A stretch of DNA of 64,000 nucleotides from the human T2T-CHM13v2.0 reference genome, Homo sapiens, in assembly GCF_009914755.1 (NCBI RefSeq), contig NC_060928.1. One strand, given 5' to 3'. How positions within the stretch are numbered: position 1 is the first letter of the stretch; every line of letters starts with the position of its first letter. Shown here piece by piece: positions 33,393 through 43,577 of this stretch. The position numbers and the translations under genes are program-made. The notes beneath the pieces are model-generated. The model saw only the letters and a program-made list of their open reading frames with translations, made no database searches and was not told the origin of the DNA.

Positions 33393-34293
33393 ATTTTAAA
33401 ATGTGTTTTTGAGGTATAAAACCCATATTTATACTACAATAACATAAAATATATGACATATGAAAATATAAAAATCTGTATTTATATTACAACGACATAA
33501 CAACACAGCATTGCCCACCAGCTGCACAGGTGGATGGGGGCCCCTTTTCCCCTCCAGTGTGCACCTCCCTCACCTGTACCAGGCCCTAGTGTCACCCCAG
33601 TCTCTCTCACAGACCCTGCCCTAGTGCCCTAGACATGGGCCCAGGGCCACCCTGCTGGCCAGAGGTCAGGGTCCTGTATGAAGGAAGTAGGGAGGGGGCC
33701 CCAGGTTCATTGACACAGAGGGAGGTAAGGTGTGAGGGAGCCTGCCACACCCCACAGATGGCATGGGCTGGGCAGACAGCAGGGCAGGGCCCCCAGGGCC
33801 ACAGTAGCATACTTATATCAGAAAAAAATAGATTTCAAGAAACATTATGAGAAAAGACAAAAAAGGTCATTATATAATGACAAAGGGTCAATCTAATAAG
33901 CGAATATAACAATTGCCAATATATATGCACTCAATACTGGAATATCCGTATACTAAAGCAAGTATTATTAGAGCTAAAGAGAGATAGATCCCAGTACAAT
34001 AATAGCTGGAGGCTTCAGATCCCAACTTTCATAATTGGATAGAACATCCAGACATAAAATAAACAAAGAAACACTGGACTTATTCTACAGTATAGACCAA
34101 ATGAACTTAATAGGTATTGAAGGAACATTTCATCTAACAGCTTTAAAATACATTCTTCTGCTCAGCACACAGATCACTCTTAATAATATGTTACATCACA
34201 AATCAACTCTTAAAACATTCTAAAAAATTGAAACAATATCAAGCATCTTCTCTGACCAGAGTAGAATAAAACTGGAACTCAAAAAGAAGAGGA

Positions 34294-34545
34294 GCTGGGC
34301 ACACTGGCTCACACCTGTAATCCCAGCACTTTGAGAGGCCAAGGCAGGTGGACCATGAGGTCAGGAGTTCAAGACCAGCCTGGCCAAGATGGTGAAATCC
34401 CCTCTCTACTAAAAATACAAAAATTAGCCAGGCATGGTGGCAGGGGCTTGTAATCCCAGCTACTCGGAGGTGGCAGTGTGCCAAGATCATGCCACTGCAC
34501 TCCAGCCTGGGCAACAGAGTGACACTCCATCTTGAAAAAAAAGAA
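34294..34545 (+). mobile_element. AluS (Sg-like) with a right-arm deletion
   Basis: Alu sequence that jumps from CTACTCGGAGG to TGGCAGTG. TSD AAGAGGA. Confidence 0.9.
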
Positions 34546-34803
34546 AAGAGGAGTTTTGGAAACTATACAGACACATGAAAATTACACAATATACTTCTGA
34601 ATGACCTATGGGTCAATGAAGATATTAAGAAGGAAACTGAAAAATTATTCTTGAAATAAATGATAATGGAAACACAACATACCAAAACCTGTGGGATAAA
34701 GCAAAAGCAGTACAAAGAGGGAATTTTATACCTATAAGTGCTTACCTCAAAAAAGGTAGAAAAACATCAAATAAACAACTTAAAGATGCACCTTAAAAAA
34801 CTA

Positions 34804-34950
34804 GGTTGGGTGTGGTTGTTCGTGCCTGTAATCCCAGCACAATGAGAAGCTGAAGTGAGATTACTTGAGCCAATGAGTCAAGACAAGCCTGGGCAACATA
34901 GTGAGAACTTGAAAAAACGAAAGAAAAGAAAAGAAAAGAAAAAAATGAAA
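34804..34950 (+). mobile_element. FLAM (left Alu monomer) with a (GAAAA)n tail
   Basis: Monomer GTGCCTGTAATCCCAGCAC..CTTGAGCC..CCTGGGCAACATAGTGAGA followed by an A-rich tail. Confidence 0.8.
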
Positions 34951-35388
34951 AGAAAAACAAGACCAAAAAAAACTTCTTAGTAAGAGAAAGAAAATAATAA
35001 GTATCAGTGAAGAAATAAATGAAATAGATATGTAGAAAGCTATACCAAAGATGAACAAAATGAAAGTTGTTTTCTGAAAAGATAAATAAAATTGACATAC
35101 TTTTAGCTAGATTAAAGAAAAACAGAGAGAGAATCCAAATAAATAAAATCAGAGATGAAAGGGAGATATTACAAATGATACCAAAGAAATTCAAAGAATC
35201 ATTAGAGGCTACTATCATCAACTATATGCCAATCAGTTGAAAAATCTAGAAGAAACAAATAAATTCATAGACATATACAACCTACCAAGATTGAACCATT
35301 AAGAAATTCAAAATCTGAACAAATCAATAACAAGTAATGAAGTCAAAGCCATAATAAAAAGTCTCACAGCAAAGAAAAGCTCAGAACT

Positions 35389-36018
35389 TGTGATGGTTAA
35401 TACTGAGTGTCAACTTGATTGGATTGAAGGGTATCAAGTGTTGATTCTAAGTGTGTCTGTGAAGGTGTTGCCAAAGGAGATTAACATTTAAGTCAGTGGG
35501 CTGGGAAAGGCATATCCACCCTTAATCTGAGTGGGTGCCATCTAATCAGCTGCAAGCACAGCTAGAATATAAGCAGGCATAAAAATGTGAAAAGAGAGAC
35601 TGGCCTAGCCTCCTAGCCGACATCTTTCTCCCATGCTGCATGTTGCCTGCCCTCAAACACAAGGCTCCAAGTTCTTCAGTTTTGGAACTTGGACTGGCTC
35701 TCCTTGCTCCTCAACCTGCAGACCTCCTGTTGTGGGACCTTGTGATCATGTAAATTAATGCTTAATAAACATATATATATATATATATATCCCTTTCATT
35801 GTGCTGGGATTACAGGCATGAGAAATCATGCCCCGCCTAGATTTCAAGGTGCATCATTAAGTTGTTTATTTAATGTTTTTCTACCTTTTTTGATGTAAGC
35901 ACTTATAGGTATAAAATTCCCTCTTAGTATTGTTTTTCTTTATCCCACAGGTTTTGGTATGTTGTATTTCCATTATCATTTATTTCAAGAAATATATATA
36001 TATACACATACATATATA

Positions 36019-36059
<41 letters not shown>

Positions 36060-36093
36060 CATTAGTTCTGTCCGTCTAGAGAACCCTAATACA
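35389..36093 (+). mobile_element. MLT2A1 (HERV-L) solo LTR with a ~200-bp internal insertion
   Basis: TGTGATGGTTAATACTGAGTGTCAAC...GAGAACCCTAATACA termini. TSD GAACT/GGACT (35384-35388, 36094-36098). Confidence 0.92.
35992..36057. repeat. (TA)n microsatellite, with a second block at 35771-35790
   Basis: Seen directly in the sequence. Confidence 0.95.
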
Positions 36094-38872
36094 GGACTCG
36101 ATGGATTCACTGCTGAATTCTACCATTTAAAGAACTAATACCAATCCTACTCAAACTATTCTGAAAAATAGAAGAGAAGGGAAAACTTCCAAACTTCTTC
36201 TATGAGGTCAATATTACTCTGATACCAAACCAGACAGAAACACATAAAAAACAATAATACAGGCCAATATCCCTGATGAATATTGATGCAAAAATTCTTA
36301 ACAAAATAGTAGCAAACTGAAATCAACAACACATTAAAAAGATCAATCATCATGACCAAGTGGTATTTATCCCAGTGATGCAAGGATGGTTCAACACATG
36401 CAAATCAGTCAATGTGATGCATTGTATCAACAGAATGAAGGATAAAAACCATATGATCATTTCAACTGATGCCAAAAATTCATTTGATAAAATTCAACAT
36501 TTCTTCATGATAAAAACCATCAAAATACTAGAAGGAACATACCTCAACATAATCAAAGCCTTATACCACAGACCCACTGCAATCATACTGAACGGGAAAA
36601 ACTGAAATCCTTTTCTCTAAGATCTGGATCACAAGGATGCCTGCTTTCACTACTCCTATTTAACATAATACTAGAAGTCCTAGCTAAAGCAATCTGACAA
36701 GAGAAAGAAATAAAAGACATCCAAATATTAAGAGAAGAAGTCAAATTATCATTTTGAAGATTATTTAATCTTACATTTGGAAAAACCTAAAGACCCCATC
36801 AAAAAACTATTACAACTGCTCAACCAATTTAGTAAAGTTCAGGATACAAAATTAACTACAAAAAACAGTAAGATTTCTATATACCAACAATGACCAATCC
36901 TAAAAGGAAATCAAGAAAGTTATCCCATTTATAATAATTACAAATAAAATTAAATACCTAGGAATGAAATTAACCAAAGAAATGAAAGACCTCTACAATT
37001 AAAAAAAAACTATAAAATTTTGATGTAAGAAATTGAAGAGGACACCAAAAAGTAAAAATGAAGACACGAATAGATGGAAAGATGTCCATATTCATGGATT
37101 GGAATAATCAATATTTTTGAAAAATCCTTATTACCCAAAGAAATCTACAGATTAAATTCAATCCTTATCAAAATACCAAAGACATTCTTCACAGAAATAG
37201 AAAAACCAATTTTGCAGTTTATATGGACCACAAAACACCCAGAAAAGCCAAAAGCAAAAAGAACAAAACTGGAGGAAACACATTACCTGACATCAAATTA
37301 TACAACAAAAATATAGTAACTAAAACAGCATGAAACTGGCATAAAAATGGACACATAGACCAATGAGACAGAATAGAAAACCCAGAAACATATCCATAAA
37401 TTTACCTTGAACTCATTTTTGACAAAGGTGCCAGGAACATACATTAAGGAAAGGACAGTCTCTTCAATAAATGGTGCTGGGAAAACTGGATATCCACATG
37501 CAGGAGAATGAAACTAGATCTCTATTTCTCACCATATAAAAAATCAAAATGGATTACACATTTAAATCTAAGTCCTCAAACTATGAAACTGCTAAAAGAA
37601 AGCCTTGGGGAAATTCTCCAGGACATTAGACTGGGCAAAGATTTCTTTAGTAATACCCCCACAAGCACAGGCAACCAAAGCAAAAATGGACAAATCGTAT
37701 CATATCAAGTTAACAAGCTTTTACACAGAAAAGAAAACCATCACCAAAGTAAAGAGCCAACCCTCAGAATGGGAGAAAATGTTTGCATACTACCCATCAA
37801 ACAAGGAATTTTTAACCAGAATATTTAAGGAGCTCAAACCACGCTATAAGAAAAAGTTTAATAATCTGATTTAAAAATGGGCACAAGATCTGAATAGCCA
37901 TTTCTCAAAAGAAGACATAGAAATGGAAAACAGGTATTTGAAAAGGTGCACAACATTATTGGTCATCAGAAAAATGCCAATGAAAACTACAATGAGATAT
38001 CATCTCACCCCTTTTAAAATGGCTTTTATCCAAAAGGCAGGCAATAACAAATGTTGGTGAGGATATGGGGAAAAGTGAACCCTAGTATACTGTTGGTAGA
38101 AATGCAAATTAGTACAATAACTTTGAGGAACTGTTTACAGGTTCCTCAAAAAGCAAAAATTGAGCTACCATATGATCTGGCAATCCCACGGCTAGATGAG
38201 AAGAAAGGAAATCAGTATATTGAAGAGATATCTGCATTCCCATCTTTATTGCAGACTTAATCATTATAGCCAAGATGAGGAAGCAAACTAAGTGTCCATT
38301 GATAGATAAATGGATAAGCAAAATTTGGTATATATGCACAATGGAGTATTATTTAGCCATAAAAAGAATGAGGTCGTGTCATTTGTTACAACATGGGTGG
38401 AACTGGAGATCATTATTTTAAGTGAAATAATCCAGGCACAGGAAGATAAATTTGAATGTTCTCACTTATTTGTGGGAGCTAAAAATTAAATCATTTGAAC
38501 TCATGGAGACAGAGTGGAGGGATGGTTACCAGAGGCTGGGGAGAGTAATGGTGGGTGTTGGAGGGAAGTGGGGTTGGTTAATGGGTGAAAGAAAACAGAA
38601 AGAATGAATAAGATCTAGTGTTTAATAGCACAACAGATTGACTATAATCAATAATACGTTGTAGATTTTAAAGTAACTAAAAGAGTATAATTGGATTCTT
38701 CATAACACAAAGAAAAAATGCTCGAGGTGATGGCTACTCCATTTACCCTGATGTAATTACTATACATTGCATGTCTATATCAAAATATCTCCTGTACCTT
38801 AGAAATATACACACCTACTGTGTAACCACAAAAATTAAATATTTAAAAATGCACGAACAAAAAAGACAATAG

Positions 38873-39150
38873 GGCTGGGCACCGTGGCTCATGCCTGTAT
38901 TCCCAGCATTTTGGCAGGCTGAGGTGGGCAGATCACTTGAGGACAGGAGTTCGAGGCCAGCCTGGCCAGCATAGTGAAACCCCATCTCTACTAAAAATAA
39001 TTTTTAAAAATTAGCTCGGTGTGGTGGTGGGCACCTGTAATCCCAGCTACTCAAGGAGGCTGAGGCAGAAGACTCACTTGAACCTGTGAGGTGGAGGTTG
39101 CAGTGAGCCAAGATTGTGACAGAGTAAGACTCTGTCTTAAAAAAAAGAAA
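38873..39150 (+). mobile_element. AluS (Sx/Sz-type), short deletion near the 3' end
   Basis: Dimeric Alu with a degenerate TSD ACAAAAAAGACAAT / ACAAAAAAGTAAAT. Confidence 0.92.
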
Positions 39151-39360
39151 CAAAAAAGTAAATGGAAATGTCTGGTATAAAATCTACAACAAATCTTGGA
39201 GTGAATAATGAAAGGATCATAATAAGAACTGAAAATAAAGTTTTCATGTTTGTCAATTATTTTCCAATTTAATGCATATATTTTATGTGATTCTAGTTAC
39301 CATGCTAATTCACTCACTTGATGTGTTATAGCCACTAAGTGAATAAATATATCTATACTT

Positions 39361-40050
39361 AAAAAAACACAATGAGATCCATCTTACACCAGTCAGAATG
39401 GCTATTAGTAAAAAGTCAAAAAAACAACAGATACTGGTGAGGAAGTGGAGAAAGGGGAACACTTACACACCATTGGCGGGAATGTAAGTTAGTACAAAGT
39501 TTATGCAAAACTAAAAGTAGAAATACCATTTGATCCAGCAATCTCATTACCAAGTATATACCCAAAGGGAAAGAAATCATTACATCAAAAAGATACCTGC
39601 ACTAGTATGTTTATTGCTGCAGTATTCACAATCACAAAGGTATGGAATCAACCTAAGTATCTGTCAATGGTTGACTGGCTAAAAAAGTGTGGTATATATA
39701 TACCATGGAATACTACTCAGCTATAAAAAGTAATGAAAGCATGTCTTTTGCAGGAATACGGATGGAATTGGAGGCCATTATCCTATGCAAAAATGCTCAG
39801 AAACAGAAAGGGAAAACTGCATGTTTTCAATTATAAGTGTAACCTAAACATGTGTATACATGGACATACAGAGTGGAGTAACAGACATTGGAGACTACAA
39901 AAGTGAGAGGGTGGGAGCCGGGTGAGAGTTGAAAAATTGCCTATTGGGTACAATGTTCACTATCTGGGTGATGGCTAAAAAGCCCAGACTTCACCACTAT
40001 GCAATATATGCATGTAAGAAATCTGCACTTGTGCCCCCAAATCTATTTTT
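39361..40050 (+). mobile_element. L1PB (L1PB3-like) 3' fragment
   Basis: End of ORF2 plus an L1PB 3'UTR (CCTATTGGGTACAATGTTCACTAT..AGCCCAGACTTCACCACTATGCAATATATGCATGTAAG). Confidence 0.85.
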
Positions 40051-41624
40051 ACAAAGGGTAGATTCAAGAAACACTTAATTTTCTAAATTAATTTAAAATA
40101 GATTATTTTTTTGACCTGGGCAGTGACTAAGTTTAAGTTCTGAATTTCTAAATATTAAATCGTAATAGATTTCATCCGCAAGTTGTATTCAGATAAATAA
40201 ATAATTCATAATTTTGCACTTCCATGTCACATTGTATATTCAAATCCATACTGATTTGTTTCCATAAACATAGAATTTTACCTGTATTTATGCACCTCAA
40301 ATTAAAAAGAAATACTGGTGTGATTTTGATTAAAATCTCAATAGCTAAAGAAAAAGGAAAAAAACCTCTATGTCCTAAATTTTTTTTAATAATTGTGCAA
40401 CATTTAACTTAATGCTTCCCATGCGGATATGACCCAAACAGACTACCTTGACAGCTTCCACATCAAAAAGTGTCAGCGTATTCTTTATACAATGACTATC
40501 TGACCAAATAAGACAGTGCCATAAGGGAACTAAACCGTGATGCATTGCCTTTTTTCTAGAGGTGAATAGCATTAGAGAATTCCAGCATGTTCTCTCACTA
40601 TTAAATTAATGCCACAAGCACTCTAAAGTCTGACCTGAACAAGAGAGACACATAACCTGTGCAAAAAATCCTTGTTCAGAAAGAGCAATGCAGGACATGA
40701 GGAATAAGACAAATCGTCTTTTTTGCCATGAAATATTAGCCTTTGTGAGCCCTTTAACATCCTCCTGTGTTCTTTCCGAACAGGAAAATTCTCGAAAATT
40801 GCATCTGTCCATCATTGTCTTTGAGCCTCGTTAGCCTTGACCACTTTGCCTTTTTTGTAGTTGACAAGAATTTAAAGCTCTTTTTTACTGTATGAGGCAG
40901 ACGTTGTAGTTTATTATCACTCAAATATACACAGTAGAGTAGTAGCTGATTTAATTAATGCATAATAATATGGAATAAGAAAAGGAAATGTGATGTTAGT
41001 CTCTGAATCTTTCTTTGTGTTTCTATGAGATATTAAAATAACCATATCTATATATCTAACCACCTATGAATTAGATAGTTTAACCTAGTATAACACATAC
41101 TAAATCTATCATGTTTAGTACCTTGATCACCACTAAGTACATGTGGCAATTGACCAATTGAAATGTGAAACTGGAGAAAGAGCAACTGATTTATTAATTT
41201 TATTTTAATTAATTTTAATTTATGTTTTAAAATGAAAGCAGTGTAAAATATTTTAACATTAAACATAGCTTTTCTATTTTGGTTGGACTATGCTTCACAT
41301 ACTGTAAGATGATATTGTTGTATAGTTATAAATGCTACATGCATGTGTAGTTTCTAGTGTCAAATATAACCAGATATTTCTGGTATTACACATACACAGA
41401 TAATCCATCTAGTTGGTATCAACTGACTGATTCAATTCAAATGATTATTTATGTACATCAATTTCACATTGTAATTTATTTGAAAATGTTATGTAGCTAG
41501 TATGCATTATAGTGATACTTATGTAAATGTAAACCATTGTATTAGGCCTCTATTGCTATGTAACAAGTTATTCCCAAAGTTAGCGGATTGTAAATAGTCA
41601 TCCCTCTGCTTAGAATGCATACGA

Positions 41625-41749
41625 TTTTTTTTAAGGACAGAGTCTTGCTATGTTGCCCAGATTGGCTTACAACTCCTAGGCTGAAGGGATCCTCCTTCCT
41701 CAGTTTCTCCAGTAGCTGGGACTATAGGCACATATTACTACACCAGGCA
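41625..41749 (-). mobile_element. FLAM monomer
   Basis: Antisense monomer GAGTCTTGCTATGTTGCCCAG..GTAGCTGGGACTATAGGCAC. Confidence 0.8.
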
Positions 41750-41759
41750 TCAGGACCAA

Positions 41760-42700
41760 AACTATTCTTGACATAAAGATAGACAAATAGATCAATGGAA
41801 GAGAAAATTGAGTATGGAAATTGACCTACACATATATGGATAAGTGATTTTCAACAAAGATGCAAAGGCTATTCAGTGAGGAATCTGTAGGTGAATATCC
41901 ATATGTAAGTAAATTAACTCAAGATAGAGCATAAACTTAAATGTATAACCTAAAACTATAAAAATTCTAGAAGAAAATATAGAAGACAATCTTTGTGACC
42001 TTGAATTAGACAAATATTTCTTAGATATGAAAGCAAAGGGGACATCCTTAAAATGACATGTGGATAAATTGATCTTTATCAAAATTTAAAACTTCGGCTC
42101 TTTGGAAGACACAATTAAAATAAATAAAAGACAAGCCACAAAAACAACCTCTGAGTGAAAAAACCCAGACTAAAAGATGAGAACATACTTCCTGATTCTA
42201 TTTACATACATTTTTGTAAATTATAAAGTAATCTGTAGCAGTGCTTGGCAAACTGTGTCCCAGAGAGCCAAATCTGTGTGGCTACCTTATTTTATAAATA
42301 AAATTTTATTAGAACATAGTATGTCTATTAATTTATGTACTTTCTATGGGCTGTGCTTGTGTTACAACTTCAGAGTTGAGTAGCATATGCACTCCATAGC
42401 ACAAAATATTTACTATAGAGAAAAAAATTGTTAGCTCTATAGAGAAAAAAATTGTTGCTGGTTTTCTGATTTTTTTGCCAGAAAGCAAATCAATGGTTAT
42501 CTAGGAATGGAAGTGGGAAATGATATGGGAAGAAAAAATATCATAAATAGGCACTTCTTGGAGTGATGAATATGTTCATTATCTTGATTATAGTGATGGT
42601 TCCATGGGTGTAGGTGTATTTCAGTTTTTAAAATTTGTACACTTTAAATATATGTATTTTATTATATGTTAATTATATCTTAATAATCCTGCTTAAAAAA
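41760..42700 (+). mobile_element. Old L1MC/MD 3' fragments interrupted by MER58A
   Basis: GATAGACAAATAGATCAATGGAA..TTTTCAACAAAGATGCAAAGGC, and a 3'UTR GGAGTGATGAATATGTTCATTATCTTGATT. Confidence 0.7.
42239..42440. mobile_element. MER58A (hAT-Charlie MITE)
   Basis: CAGTGCTTGGCAAACT..GCCAAATCTG..TAAATAAAATTTTATTAGAACA..CAGAGTTGAGTAG..AAAATATTTACTAT. Confidence 0.75.
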
Positions 42701-43193
42701 ATATTTTTCTGCACATACATAGTGAATATAGGAAGTTTCTTCTCAGCTGTCAAAAATTAATTAATTAAATTTGTGGACTAAAATCTAAATTAAAAACCCT
42801 CCCAAAATATTAATAAATTCTATAGAATGTAAGCTTGTTATTTTGGCCAACTATGAAATGTCTTAAATACTCATTTAAAAAAAAATAGAAGGGAGAACAA
42901 GATCGCTGACTAGGCATAGCTAGGAAGCATTACTCCCACTGTGAGCTATCAAAGTTTCTAGCAAACCAACATAATTTGAATAGATCTTCAGAAAGAAAAT
43001 GCTGAGAGTGGATATAGATATAATGCAGACACTGAGGATGAAGGAGAAAGCTGGAAACTCTGCCCAGGGTACCTGAATGGCAGGGCAAGTTCCCGGCCCT
43101 GAACAGCTCCTGGGTGAAGGAGTCAGTGAATGGATTGTAGGACTGCTCACCCTCACACAGACCTCTAGGATTCTAGCTACAGGAGAACCCACA

Positions 43194-43577
43194 TGATATG
43201 ATTTGGCTCTGTGTCCCCACCCAAATCTCATGTTGAATTGTGATCCCAGGTGTTGGAGGTGGGGCCTGGTGGAAGGTGATTGGATCATTGGGGTGGTTTC
43301 TAATGGTTTAGCACCACTCCCCTAGTGCTGCCTGTTAATAGAGTTCTCATAAGATCTCGTTGTTTACAGGTATGTAGCTCCGCCCTCCTCTCTCTCTCTC
43401 CCTGTCTGTCATGTGAAGAAGGTGCTTGCTTCCCCTTTGCCCTTCTGCCATGATTGTAAGTCTCCTGAGGGCTCCCCAGCCATGCTTTCCATACATCTTG
43501 TGAAACTTGAGTCAATTAAACCTATTTTCTTTATAAGTTGGCCAGTCTTTAGAGCAATGTGAGAATAGACTAATACA
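43194..43577 (+). mobile_element. MSTA solo LTR inside the L1 5'UTR
   Basis: TGATATGATTTGGCTCTGTGTCCCCACCCAAATCTC...GACTAATACA, with TSD CCACA at 43189-43193 and 43578-43582. Confidence 0.92.

Larger units (their letters stand above)
33803..38850 (+). mobile_element. L1MA1-3-type element (ORF2 plus 3'UTR) hosting Alu, FLAM and MLT2A1 insertions
   Basis: ORF2 remnants ([31 protein letters not shown]) and an L1MA-type 3'UTR (GGTTACCAGAGGCTGGG..ATAGCACAACAG..TTACCCTGATGTAATT). Confidence 0.88.

Noticed and set aside
42413-42456. Short direct repeat CTATAGAGAAAAAAATTGTT x2
   Set aside because: Ordinary local slippage at the end of MER58A.
43468-43485. PRDM9 hotspot motif in MST/THE1 LTRs
   Set aside because: GCTCCCCAGCCAT here, and the equivalent in the THE1 at ~62690, do not match CCNCCNTNNCCNC.
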